From an uncultured Lentisphaerota bacterium (lineage in GTDB: Bacteria; Verrucomicrobiota; Lentisphaeria; Victivallales; UBA1829): a DNA stretch of 64,000 nt. The notes beneath the pieces were generated by a model. It was not told the DNA's origin. It was given only the letters and a program-made list of their open reading frames with translations, and searched no databases. Made by a program: the position numbers and the translations under genes. The stretch is taken from contig ONQZ01000001.1 of assembly GCA_900320095.1 (NCBI GenBank), forward strand, positions 19,174 to 83,173. Reading direction: 5' to 3'. Positions 53,655 through 63,110 of the stretch are shown piece by piece. Numbering within the stretch: position 1 is the first letter of the stretch; every line of letters starts with the position of its first letter.

Positions 53655-54905
53655 TTACATGTTGTCCGCGATGACGCGGGCGAACTCGGAGCAGCGGAGT
53701 TCGGTCGCGCCCTCCATCTGGCGCGCGAAGTCGTAGGTGACGTGTTTGGACGCGATGGCGCGTTCGATGCCGCGGATCACGAGGTCGGCGGCCTCGGTCC
53801 AGCCGATGTGGCGGAGGAGCATTTCGCCGGAGAGCGCGAGCGAGCAGGGATTGACCTTGTCGAGCCCTTTGTACTTGGGCGCGGTGCCGTGCGTAGCCTC
53901 GAAAATCGCCTTGCCGCCGACATAGTTGATGTTCGCGCCCGGAGCGATGCCGATGCCGCCAACGCTCGCCGCCAGCGCGTCCGACACGTAGTCGCCGTTC
54001 AGGTTCATCGTGGCGATCACGTCGTACTCGGCGGGACGGGTCAGGATCTGCTGCAGGAACGCGTCGCAGATGCAGTCCTTGATGAGGATCTTGCCCTCGG
54101 GGACAACGCCGCCGCATTCTTCCCACGTGACGGTCTGTTCCGGGAACTCGCGTTTGGCGAGCGCGTAGCCCCAGTCGCGGAAGCCGCCCTCGGTAAACTT
54201 CATGATGTTGCCCTTGTGGACGAACGTGACGCTCTTGCGGTGGTTGTCGATGGCGTAGCGGATGGCGGCGCGGATGAGGCGCTCGGAGCCTTCCTTGGAA
54301 ACCGGCTTGATGCCGATCGCGGAGGTCTCCGGGAAGCGAATCTTGGCGACGCCCATTTCATTTTGCAGGAACGCGATGACCTTCTGCACCTCGGGCGTGC
54401 CGGAGGCCCATTCGATGCCCGCGTAGATGTCCTCGGTGTTCTCGCGGAAAACGACCATGTCGGTGAGCTCGGGGTGCTTGACCGGGGAGGGGACGCCCTG
54501 AAAATAGCGGACCGGGCGGAGGCAGACGTAGAGGTCGAGTTTCTGGCGGAGGGTCACGTTGAGGGAGCGGATGCCCTTTCCGACGGGGGTCGTGAGCGGG
54601 CCCTTGATGGCGATGCGGTGCTCGGAGATGGCCTCGAGGGTCTCGTCGGGGAGCCAGACGCCCTCGCCGTAGACTTCGCAGGATTTCTCGCCGGCGTAGA
54701 CTTCCATCCAGGCGATCTTGCGCTTGCCGCCGTAGGCTTTCGCGATGGCGGTGTTCCAGATGTGCATGGAGGCCGCCGTGATGTCGGGGCCGATGCCGTC
54801 GCCTTCGATGAACGGGATGATCGGCTGATCGGGGACGATGAGGCTGCCGTCGGGATTCGCTGTGATGCGGTCGCCGTCGACCGGACGGATTTTCTGATAA
54901 CTCAT
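53655..54905 (-). CDS. icd: NADP-dependent isocitrate dehydrogenase
   Basis: Start trimmed to ATG 54905 ([11 protein letters not shown]). Contains [30 protein letters not shown], and [13 protein letters not shown]. 416 aa. Confidence 0.95.
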   Translation of the reverse strand: MSYQKIRPVDGDRITANPDGSLIVPDQPIIPFIEGDGIGPDITAASMHIWNTAIAKAYGGKRKIAWMEVYAGEKSCEVYGEGVWLPDETLEAISEHRIAIKGPLTTPVGKGIRSLNVTLRQKLDLYVCLRPVRYFQGVPSPVKHPELTDMVVFRENTEDIYAGIEWASGTPEVQKVIAFLQNEMGVAKIRFPETSAIGIKPVSKEGSERLIRAAIRYAIDNHRKSVTFVHKGNIMKFTEGGFRDWGYALAKREFPEQTVTWEECGGVVPEGKILIKDCICDAFLQQILTRPAEYDVIATMNLNGDYVSDALAASVGGIGIAPGANINYVGGKAIFEATHGTAPKYKGLDKVNPCSLALSGEMLLRHIGWTEAADLVIRGIERAIASKHVTYDFARQMEGATELRCSEFARVIADNM

Positions 54906-55255
54906 GAATGGTCCTTTATGAGGTTGAGAAATGAAACGGATTCCGAAACGAGGATGGGGTCGATCCCCACGGCGTAGACGCGGACCGCGAGATCGTAGAG
55001 CGCGGGCTCGCCGTCGGGGCGGACCGTGCGCGGGTTCACGATGCGCATCTGCTTCAGTTCGAGGGTGTTCTTTCCGGCTTTGATCGGATGGCGGACGCCC
55101 TCGATCATGGTCATGCCGTCGATGTGCTGTTCGACGATGATGGTGGAGCCGCAGTCGCACGTGAGCTCAAGCGTCTGGTCGATGACAATCTGATTTTTGT
55201 CCGGCTGCCAGACGGTCCTGTTCACGAGTTTTCCGATTTTGAGGTCGATCGGCAT
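54902..55255 (-). CDS. hypothetical protein (117 aa)
   Basis: ATG start and an ATGA overlap with the icd start. Co-directional between dapB and icd. No motif recognised. Confidence 0.5.
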   Translation of the reverse strand: MPIDLKIGKLVNRTVWQPDKNQIVIDQTLELTCDCGSTIIVEQHIDGMTMIEGVRHPIKAGKNTLELKQMRIVNPRTVRPDGEPALYDLAVRVYAVGIDPILVSESVSFLNLIKDHS

Positions 55256-55282
55256 GATGTGCGGCTCCCTGCTGCGCCCGGG

Positions 55283-56086
55283 TCACTTCAGCCCGAGCAC
55301 GTCCTGCATGTCGTAGTATCCGGCGGAAGCGCCCGCGAGCCATTTGGCGGCGCGGAGCGCGCCCTTGGCGAAGGTCATGCGGCTGGACGCGCGGTGCGTC
55401 AGCTCGATGCGTTCGCCGTCGCCCGCGAAGAGCACGGTGTGGTCGCCGACGATGTCGCCGCCGCGCACGGCGTGGATGCCGATCTCGCGGCGGGTGCGCG
55501 CGCCGACGATGCCCTGGCGGCCGTAGACGAGGTCGTCCTGGGTACGGCCGGCGGCTTCGCAGAGGACTTCCGCGAGGCGGACCGCGGTGCCGCTCGGGGC
55601 GTCCTTCTTCTGGTTGTGGTGCGCCTCAATGATCTCCATGTCGAAATCGTCGGCGAGGAGGGAGGCGGTCTTGCCGGAGAGGAAGAAGAGCAGGTTCACG
55701 CCGACGCTGTAGTTGAACGTCTGGACGATGCGCGCGCCGTTCGCGGAAAATTCGCGGAGGGCGGCCTTGTCGGCATCGGTGAGCGCGGTCGTGCCGATCA
55801 CGATGGAGAGCCCGGCCTTCGCTGCGGCGCGGGCGTTCTCCAGCACGTTTCCGGTGCTGAAGTCGATGATGGCGTCGGCGTTCGCGAGCATTTCGTCCGT
55901 GAGCGAGGCGGAGATCGGCACGTTGAGCGCGGCGACTCCGGCGACGGTCCCGGCGTCCTGCCCGATCATCGGGCTGGCGGGATACTCGGTGGCTCCCGCG
56001 AGCGTGAATTCAGGGTTGGCGGCGATGGCGGCGACGAGGGCCTTGCCCATACGTCCGGCGGAGCCTGTGATGATGGTGCGGATCAT
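55283..56086 (-). CDS. dapB: 4-hydroxy-tetrahydrodipicolinate reductase
   Basis: ITGSAGRMGKAL, EAHHNQKKDAPSGTA. 267 aa. Confidence 0.93.
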   Translation of the reverse strand: MIRTIITGSAGRMGKALVAAIAANPEFTLAGATEYPASPMIGQDAGTVAGVAALNVPISASLTDEMLANADAIIDFSTGNVLENARAAAKAGLSIVIGTTALTDADKAALREFSANGARIVQTFNYSVGVNLLFFLSGKTASLLADDFDMEIIEAHHNQKKDAPSGTAVRLAEVLCEAAGRTQDDLVYGRQGIVGARTRREIGIHAVRGGDIVGDHTVLFAGDGERIELTHRASSRMTFAKGALRAAKWLAGASAGYYDMQDVLGLK

Positions 56087-56098
56087 GCGGAAACCTCC

Positions 56099-59041
56099 TT
56101 AAACGCCTTCGAGCGTGGATTTGTAGGATTTGATGAGGTCGGCGAGCTTGGCGGACACGACGGATTTTCCGCCGCGCGTGAAAACCAGTTCCTGCTTCTC
56201 AGTGGTCGTGCCGACGCGGGCGAACACGTTTCCGGCAAGCATCTTTTCCAGCTCGGCGGCGCGTTCGGGACGGCAGGTCAGGATGAAACGGGAGTTCGAC
56301 TCGGAGAAGAGCGCCTCGGCGTCGTTCAGGTTTTCGATGCCGGGGAGCTTGTCGAGGTCGATCGTCATGCCGAGGCGGCCGCCGATGGCGGACTTGGCGG
56401 CGGCGATGGCGAGGCCGCCGAGCGCGGGGGAGATGATGGAGGACGGGATGTCCGCCTTGATGACCTGGGCGAGCGCGTGGTAGAGTTTGGACGCCTTCGG
56501 GATGTCGACCTTCGGGACGTTGTTGCCGACAGCGTCGAGCATGGCGTAGTATTCGCTGCCGCCGAGCTCGGGCTTCGTTTCGCCGAGCACGTACACGGCA
56601 TCGCCCGCGAACTTGGCGTCCAGGGAGACCGCGTGCGACACGTCGTCGATGCGCGCGATGGTGCTGAAGAGGACGGTGGGCGGGATGGAGATCTTGCGGC
56701 CGCCGCGCGTGCTGTCGTTCTTCATGCTGTCCTTGCCGGAGATGCAGGGCACCTTGAACGCCTTGGTGCAGTCGTAGAGCGCCATGTTCGCGCGGACGAG
56801 CTGCGCGAGCTTGTATTCGCCGTCCGGGGTCTTCTCGCTCTGCACGGGGTCGGGCCAGCAGAAGTTGTCGAGGCCGGCGATGTGGTCTGGATCGGCGCCC
56901 GCGGCGACGGAACGGCGCACGGCGAGGTCGATGATGGACGCCATCATGTGGTAGGTGTCGATGTCGCTGTAGCGCGGAAGGATGCCGGCGGAGAGCACGA
57001 TGCCTTCCTTCGCGAGGGGTTCGGCGAGCGTGACGGTGGCGTCGGAGGCGACGTCGCGGCAGACGCCGGTGAACGGCTTGATGATGCTGAGGCCCTTCAC
57101 CTCGTGGTCGTACTGGCGCGCCTTGTATTCGTCGGAGCAGATGTTCAGGCGGCCGATGAGATTCACGAGGTCGGCGGAGAGGTCGCGGCCGGAGATGACC
57201 GGCTCGTCGAAGACCGGGGGCTTCCATTCGGCTTTCAGGTGGAGTTTCGGCAGGCCCTCGTGCATGAACTTGATGTCGATGTCGGCCACCACGCGGTCGC
57301 CGTAGGTGATGTGGAACTTGCCGGAGTGGTTGAAGCGGCCGAGCACGGTCGCCTCCACGTCGCGGGCCGCGGCGAGCGCCAGGAATTCGTCGAGGCGTTC
57401 CGGCGCGACGGCGAAGCTCATGCGTTCCTGCGCCTCGGAGACAAGGATTTCCCACGGCTGGAGGCCGGAGTATTTGAGCGGAGCCTTCGCGAGGTCCATG
57501 TCGCAGCCGCCGCAGACGTCCGCCATTTCGCCGACGCTGGAGGAGAGTCCGCCCGCGCCGTTGTCGGTGACGAAACGGTAGAGGAGGCGTTCGCGCGCCT
57601 CGTGGATGAAATCGCTCATACGCTTCTGGGTAATCGGGTCGCCGATCTGGACCGCCTGCACGGGGCTGTCCTTGTGGAGCTCTTCGCTGGAGAACGTGGC
57701 GCCGTGGATGCCGTCCTTGCCGATGCGGCCGCCGGTCATCACGATGTAGTCGCCGGGCTCGATGAACTTCTCCCAGCCGTTGCGGTCGCCGACCTTGCGC
57801 GGGAGCGTGCCGACCGTGCCGCAGTAGACGAGCGGCTTGCCGATATAGCGGTCGTCGAAGTATTCCCAGCCGACGGCGTACGGGATGCCGCTCTGGTTGC
57901 CGCCGTCGATCACGCCCTTGTGGACGCCGTCGCGGAGGCGGCGCGGATGCAGGAGGCCTTCGGGGACGTTGATCGGGTCGGTGAACGGCGAGCCGAGGCA
58001 GTAGCCCCAGACGTTCAGCAGGAGGTCTGCGCCCTGCCCGGTCCCGAGCGGGTCGCGGTTCACGCCCACGATGCCGGTCATGGCCCCGCCGTAGGGATCG
58101 AGCGCGGACGGGCTGTTGTGGGTCTCGGCCTTGTAGACGAGGTCGAAGCGGTCGTTGAAGCGGATCACGCCGGCGTTGTCTGTGAAGACGGAGACGAGCC
58201 ACGGCACCTCGGACTGAAGCTCCTTCGTGCTCTTCTTGATGTAGCTCTTGTACAGCGAGGAGATCGTGATCGTCTTGCCGTCCGGGGTGGTGTAGTCGAT
58301 GTCGGCGGCGAAGATCTTGTGCTTGCAGTGTTCACTCCAGGTCTGCGCAAGGACTTCCATTTCCACGTCGGTCGGCTTGCGCCCGAGCTTGCGGAAGTAG
58401 CCCTGGATGGACTTCATCTCCTCGAGGCTGAGGGCGAGCGTGCCCTTGTGGGACAGCTCCATGAGCTTATCGTCGGAGACTTCCAGGTCGTAGTCGCGCA
58501 CGATGACCTCGCCGAGGCCCTTGATGACCGGCTTGTTCAGCGGGATGGAGCTGTTCACGAGCTCGTCGCGGGAGAAGACGTCGACCGATTCGATCAGGAC
58601 GTTCGCGAGCAGGCCGGTGGCGATGCGCTGCGCCTGTTCGCGGGTCATTTCGGGGGAATCGACCAGATACTCGATCGAGCTGAAGACCTGTTCCTCGCGG
58701 GAAAGCTTGCGGCCGATGATGTCGCCGATGGCTTCCCACGCCGTGCGTGCCACGTTGTCCGTGACGCCCGGCTTGAAGCCGACGCGGATCAGCCAGGTGT
58801 AGTCCAGGCCGGCGGACGGCGTCTCGCCCACGATGCCACTGCGCGTGACCGGGTCGGCGAGTTCGTGCGCGACCTTCGCGGCTTCGTCCGGCGTGATGTT
58901 CGCGGAGACGGTGTAGACGGAACGTGTGCGGATGCCGCGGACGGGCGGCAGACCGGGGAGAGCTGAGAGGCGTCGGACGACACCCTGGCCGCGGGCGTCC
59001 TGCCACTGCGGCTTCACCGACATTTCAATGCGATAGTCCAT
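56099..59041 (-). CDS. purL: phosphoribosylformylglycinamidine synthase, PurS-PurS-PurL fusion
   Basis: The PurL core has TWSEHCKHKIF, TGIVGVNRD, DNGAGGLSS and ISGKDSM. The N-terminal ~170 aa form two PurS-like modules, the second ending LLANVLIESVDV. Confidence 0.92.
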   Translation of the reverse strand: MDYRIEMSVKPQWQDARGQGVVRRLSALPGLPPVRGIRTRSVYTVSANITPDEAAKVAHELADPVTRSGIVGETPSAGLDYTWLIRVGFKPGVTDNVARTAWEAIGDIIGRKLSREEQVFSSIEYLVDSPEMTREQAQRIATGLLANVLIESVDVFSRDELVNSSIPLNKPVIKGLGEVIVRDYDLEVSDDKLMELSHKGTLALSLEEMKSIQGYFRKLGRKPTDVEMEVLAQTWSEHCKHKIFAADIDYTTPDGKTITISSLYKSYIKKSTKELQSEVPWLVSVFTDNAGVIRFNDRFDLVYKAETHNSPSALDPYGGAMTGIVGVNRDPLGTGQGADLLLNVWGYCLGSPFTDPINVPEGLLHPRRLRDGVHKGVIDGGNQSGIPYAVGWEYFDDRYIGKPLVYCGTVGTLPRKVGDRNGWEKFIEPGDYIVMTGGRIGKDGIHGATFSSEELHKDSPVQAVQIGDPITQKRMSDFIHEARERLLYRFVTDNGAGGLSSSVGEMADVCGGCDMDLAKAPLKYSGLQPWEILVSEAQERMSFAVAPERLDEFLALAAARDVEATVLGRFNHSGKFHITYGDRVVADIDIKFMHEGLPKLHLKAEWKPPVFDEPVISGRDLSADLVNLIGRLNICSDEYKARQYDHEVKGLSIIKPFTGVCRDVASDATVTLAEPLAKEGIVLSAGILPRYSDIDTYHMMASIIDLAVRRSVAAGADPDHIAGLDNFCWPDPVQSEKTPDGEYKLAQLVRANMALYDCTKAFKVPCISGKDSMKNDSTRGGRKISIPPTVLFSTIARIDDVSHAVSLDAKFAGDAVYVLGETKPELGGSEYYAMLDAVGNNVPKVDIPKASKLYHALAQVIKADIPSSIISPALGGLAIAAAKSAIGGRLGMTIDLDKLPGIENLNDAEALFSESNSRFILTCRPERAAELEKMLAGNVFARVGTTTEKQELVFTRGGKSVVSAKLADLIKSYKSTLEGV

Positions 59042-59075
59042 GAGCTTATCCTTGCTTGGAGGGGTTATTTAAAAA

Positions 59076-59084
59076 ATTATAGCA
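59076..59084 (-). promoter_or_regulatory. extended -10 element upstream of purL
   Basis: Minus strand reads TGCTATAAT, 35 nt upstream of the purL ATG (59041). Confidence 0.35.
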
Positions 59085-59133
59085 AGGAAAAATATACCGC
59101 CGAAAGCCCGATTTTTCAAGCGAGAGGCGTAAA

Positions 59134-59733
59134 TCAGGACTTCTTTTTTCGGGCGTTCGCGCGGACCGTGCGGAAAAATGCCTGGAACATCTCCTTGCAT
59201 TCCTCCTCCATCAGTCCGGCGGTCACCTCGACGTTATGAAGCATGCCGGGGAATCCGGTGATGTCGAGGGCGGTCCCGGCGCATCCGCAGCGAGGGTCGC
59301 GCATGCCGAAGATCACACGGCGGATGCGCGAGTTCACCATGGCCCCGGCGCACATCGCGCACGGCTCCTTGGTCACGTAAATGTCGATGCCGTCCAGACG
59401 CCAGTCGCCGACGATCTGAGGAAGCGACGCGATCAGCATGAGTTCGGCGTGGGCGGTGGCGTCTTTCAGCAATTCCACCTGGTTCCACGAACGCGCGATG
59501 ATGAGGCCGTCCTGCACCGCCACGGCTCCGACCGGGACCTCGCCCGCGTCGGCGGCCTGCTGGGCGCAGCGAAGCGCGGCGCGCATGTAGTAATCGTCTC
59601 CGAGCAGAGGCTTCAGCTCGCCGTCGTCCTCGCCGTCGATCAGACCGTCGAACAGTCCGTCACCGGATTCGAACACAAATCCGTCGGATTCGGGCAGGGG
59701 GGGAAACAGGAGACCGGAGTCGTCATTTGACAT
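59134..59733 (-). CDS. tadA: tRNA adenosine(34) deaminase TadA with acidic N-terminal extension
   Basis: HAELMLI and PCAMCAGAM zinc-binding motifs. About 50 aa of Asp/Gly-rich leader. An internal start at MRAALRC is possible. Confidence 0.85.
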   Translation of the reverse strand: MSNDDSGLLFPPLPESDGFVFESGDGLFDGLIDGEDDGELKPLLGDDYYMRAALRCAQQAADAGEVPVGAVAVQDGLIIARSWNQVELLKDATAHAELMLIASLPQIVGDWRLDGIDIYVTKEPCAMCAGAMVNSRIRRVIFGMRDPRCGCAGTALDITGFPGMLHNVEVTAGLMEEECKEMFQAFFRTVRANARKKKS

Positions 59734-61204
59734 GGACGGCGTCCTCGCGGAATTCGTTCAGGGCGTCTTCGCCGTGGATGGAACGCATCAGCTTCACGTT
59801 CTCCTCGTAGAAGACCTGTGGATCGGGCTGCTGCACGACCTCGCTGTTCGACTCGTCCATCAGCGTCTTGCGCTTGGCGGGGTTGGAGAGGTAGTGGTCG
59901 AGGTAGCGCACGAGCGTGCGCGGCGACAGCTCCTCAAACTGCTTCTGCCCGAACTCGCTCACGTAGTCGGACGCGATCACGGCGACGAGGTTCTTCGAGG
60001 GGGCCTTCAGCCCCTTCGCGGAGAGGAAGTCCAGGATCATTTCCTGGCACCGGATCTCGTCGAACATCGGGAACTCGCATCCGCGGCCGCGGCTGGAGAT
60101 GTTCGCCGGGAACCGCTGGTTCGAAGCGATCGTGAGCGTGATGTTCTCCGGCAGGGAGAACGTGCCGCCGATGTTCGTGCGGAAATAATACCAGTCTGTC
60201 TTCGCCGCGTCGATGTCGTCGAAGAAGAGCATGAACTTGTGTTCGGGCCAGGCGGCGAGTTCGGCGATCAGCGGCTCCAGCCCGGTCGTCAGGTCCTCCG
60301 GCTGCGGGATGATGAGCGTGATGTTCGGGAAGGACAGGCTGTATGCGATGCTCATCTGCGTCTTGCCGAGGCCCGGCAGGCTCGAGATCAGCAGCGGCAG
60401 GTTGTTCCGCCCCTCCGAAAACGCCCGGAAATGCTCCTGGAACATCCGGCGCACAGAGGCGTAGCCGTAGAATTCGTCCGCGGACCGGATCGAGGGGAGC
60501 GTGAGCGGCACGAACGCGCCGTCCTGATGCCGGAAGATGCGGCCGTGCGCGAACGGGTCCTCGGCGGACATCCGCGCGACTTCCAGCGCGACCGCACCGG
60601 GCTTCATCCGCAGGAACGCGCTCTGTGCAGATTCGAGCTTGAGCGCGGAGGGGCGCAGCCGGGAGACCGCGCCTTCTGGCGCTTCGCCGGAACGCTCCGC
60701 GAGCAGGGCGCAATACGCGGGGATCAGGTCTTTCAGGAGCTCCGCCAGGCGCACGGCGTGACGGTAGAAGAAAGCGGCGTCGGAACCGGAGTCCGGCGAG
60801 GCGGGATGCGCCTCGTGCGGCGACAGAACGGCGAGGCGTTCGAACAGCATCTTGTCCAACAGGCGGCTGAACGGGAATGAGACGCAGGACGCAGCGAGCA
60901 AATTGAGCGCGTCGACGGAATCGGTTGCACCGTCCGGAGGCGCTTCGAAGAGGTTGACGAATCCGGTCGCGCCATGATGCGCCGGATCGTCGACCGGCAG
61001 TCCGTGCAGCGGCTTCGTGAGCTTCGTCCGGACGGCCTTCGAGGAGGAATGCCCGTGCTCACAGTCGGTTTCGATGGCGGAAAGCGCGGCGCGGAGGCGG
61101 TCCGCAAACGTGCCGGGCGCAGGGGCTTCCCCCGTGAAAAACACATGGAACGACGCTTCCGCGGCGCGGCACGCCGCCAGAAGTCCGGCAGATTCGGTTT
61201 TCAT
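59723..61204 (-). CDS. DUF815-like P-loop ATPase with long N-terminal extension
   Basis: The C-terminal ~260 aa follow the DUF815 pattern: FYGYASVRRMFQEHFRAFSEG, Walker A LPGLGKTQ, FMLFFDDID, and TIASNQRF. The N-terminal ~230 aa are unassigned. Confidence 0.6.
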   Translation of the reverse strand: MKTESAGLLAACRAAEASFHVFFTGEAPAPGTFADRLRAALSAIETDCEHGHSSSKAVRTKLTKPLHGLPVDDPAHHGATGFVNLFEAPPDGATDSVDALNLLAASCVSFPFSRLLDKMLFERLAVLSPHEAHPASPDSGSDAAFFYRHAVRLAELLKDLIPAYCALLAERSGEAPEGAVSRLRPSALKLESAQSAFLRMKPGAVALEVARMSAEDPFAHGRIFRHQDGAFVPLTLPSIRSADEFYGYASVRRMFQEHFRAFSEGRNNLPLLISSLPGLGKTQMSIAYSLSFPNITLIIPQPEDLTTGLEPLIAELAAWPEHKFMLFFDDIDAAKTDWYYFRTNIGGTFSLPENITLTIASNQRFPANISSRGRGCEFPMFDEIRCQEMILDFLSAKGLKAPSKNLVAVIASDYVSEFGQKQFEELSPRTLVRYLDHYLSNPAKRKTLMDESNSEVVQQPDPQVFYEENVKLMRSIHGEDALNEFREDAVHVK

Positions 61205-61278
61205 GTCCGCACGTCTCCTTCCTGTTCAAAACGAATGCGGAGGCGGCCGGCGGTTCAGCCGCCTCGCGCTTACGCCCC

Positions 61279-62772
61279 TTAGGACAGCGGGGCGATAAAC
61301 TCTTTCCGAGCTCGCGCCAGCTCGAACGCACGTCCGGCGCGGAAGATGCGTTTCTCCTCCATGGCCGGAGCGATGAGTTGGATCCCGACGGGCAGTCCGG
61401 TTCCGGGGTCGATCGCGGCGGGCACGCTGATGCCGCAGTCGCCGCTCAAATTCAGCGCCGTGGTGAAGACATCGGAGAGGTACATCTGCAGCGGGTCGGT
61501 CTTCGCGCCGAACTTGAACGCGGGCGCGGGCGTGACCGGAGTCAGCAGGAAATCGCAGAGCTTGTAGGCTTCCTGGAAGTCGCGGCGGAGCAGCGTGCGG
61601 ACCTTCTGCGCGCGCAGATAGTAGGCGTCGTAGTAGCCGCTGCTGAGCACGTAGGTGCCGAGCATGATGCGGCGGAGCACCTCGTTGCCGAACCCTTCGC
61701 CGCGCGACTTCTCGTAGGTCGAATTGATGTCGGTCGCGTTCGGGCTGCGGTAGCCGTAGCGGATGCCGTCGAACCGCGCCAGGTTCGCGCTTGCCTCGGC
61801 CGTGGCGATGATGTAGTAGCACGCCATGGCGTATTTCGTGTGCGGCAGCGAGACGTCGACGAAGGTCGCGCCGAGGGAACGGAACACCTCGATTGAGTCG
61901 TTCATGATCGCCTTGACGGCGGGGTCCATGCCATCAAGCTCGTAGTATTCCTTCGGGAGACCGATCTTCACGCCGTCGAGGCGCGGATTCGCTTCGAACG
62001 CCTCCAGGTCGGCGGCGAATCCTTCCGGCTGCTGCGGCAGGCTCGTCGAATCCTTTTCGTCGTGCCCGGCGATCAGGTCGAGGATCGCGGCGGCGTCCCA
62101 TACGGTACGGGACAGCGGACCGATCTGGTCCAGCGAGGAGGCGAACGCCACGAGGCCGTTACGGGAGACGCGTCCGTAGGTCGGTTTGAGGCCGACCACG
62201 CCGCAGAACGCCGCGGGCTGGCGGATGGAGCCGCCGGTGTCGGACCCGAGCGCGGCGACCGTTTCAAGCGCGGCGACCGAGGCCGCGGAGCCGCCCGAGG
62301 AGCCGCCCGGCACGCTGTCGAGGTCCCACGGGTTCGCGGTGCGCTGGTACGCGCTGTTCTCGCAGGAGGAGCCCATGGCGAACTCGTCCATGTTGGCGCG
62401 GCCGAGCAGGACGCATCCGGCGGCTTTGAGCTTGCCGGTCACGAAGGAATCGTACGGGGAGACGAACCCCTTCAGAATCTTCGAGGCGCAGGAGCACTGC
62501 TCGTCCTTCGTGCAGATGTTGTCCTTCAGCGTGATCGGGACGCCGTCGAAGTCGCCCAGCGGAGCGCCGGCGGCGCGGCGGGCATCGGAAGCGGCGGCCT
62601 GCGCCAACACGGATTCCGGGTTCACGGCGAGGAGCGCGCGCACCTTCGGCTCGACCGCCTGAATGCGTTCGAGGAAGGCGGTGCAGAGCGCGACGGAGCT
62701 GGTGCGGCCGTCGCGGAGCGCGGCGGCGGCATCGCGGAGGGACAGGGAAATGAGCTCGGCGTTCGTCATCAT
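61279..62772 (-). CDS. gatA: Glu-tRNA(Gln)/Asp-tRNA(Asn) amidotransferase subunit A
   Basis: Amidase signature GGSSGGSAASVA, GSDTGGSIRQPA. 497 aa. Confidence 0.95.
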   Translation of the reverse strand: MMTNAELISLSLRDAAAALRDGRTSSVALCTAFLERIQAVEPKVRALLAVNPESVLAQAAASDARRAAGAPLGDFDGVPITLKDNICTKDEQCSCASKILKGFVSPYDSFVTGKLKAAGCVLLGRANMDEFAMGSSCENSAYQRTANPWDLDSVPGGSSGGSAASVAALETVAALGSDTGGSIRQPAAFCGVVGLKPTYGRVSRNGLVAFASSLDQIGPLSRTVWDAAAILDLIAGHDEKDSTSLPQQPEGFAADLEAFEANPRLDGVKIGLPKEYYELDGMDPAVKAIMNDSIEVFRSLGATFVDVSLPHTKYAMACYYIIATAEASANLARFDGIRYGYRSPNATDINSTYEKSRGEGFGNEVLRRIMLGTYVLSSGYYDAYYLRAQKVRTLLRRDFQEAYKLCDFLLTPVTPAPAFKFGAKTDPLQMYLSDVFTTALNLSGDCGISVPAAIDPGTGLPVGIQLIAPAMEEKRIFRAGRAFELARARKEFIAPLS

Positions 62773-63080
62773 GCGATGCCCTCCCCGGGAAGGACCTGCG
62801 GGACCTTCACGAGTTCGCCTTCGATCAGGTCGGGCGCGTTGGCGAGCATCGCTTCGCGCGGGAAGGGATCGGAGGGTTCGTCGTCTCGGAGCACGTTGGT
62901 GCGCGCGACGGCGTGGGCGGTCGGCTCGATGCCGGAGACGTCGAGTTCGGCGAGCATTTCGACATAGCCGACGATCTGCTCCATTTCAGCTTGCAGGCGC
63001 GGAATCATGTCCTGAGGCAGGCTCAGGCGCGCCAGCGAGGCGACCTGGGCCACGTCGATTTTGTTACCCTGTTCGGCCAT
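62769..63080 (-). CDS. gatC: amidotransferase subunit C
   Basis: 103 aa. VASLARLSL...MEQIVGYVEMLAELDV matches the GatC pattern. ATGA overlap with gatA. Confidence 0.85.
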   Translation of the reverse strand: MAEQGNKIDVAQVASLARLSLPQDMIPRLQAEMEQIVGYVEMLAELDVSGIEPTAHAVARTNVLRDDEPSDPFPREAMLANAPDLIEGELVKVPQVLPGEGIA

Positions 63081-63110
63081 GGTGAATGCCTTTCCTGTCC
63101 CCGGTTCGGA

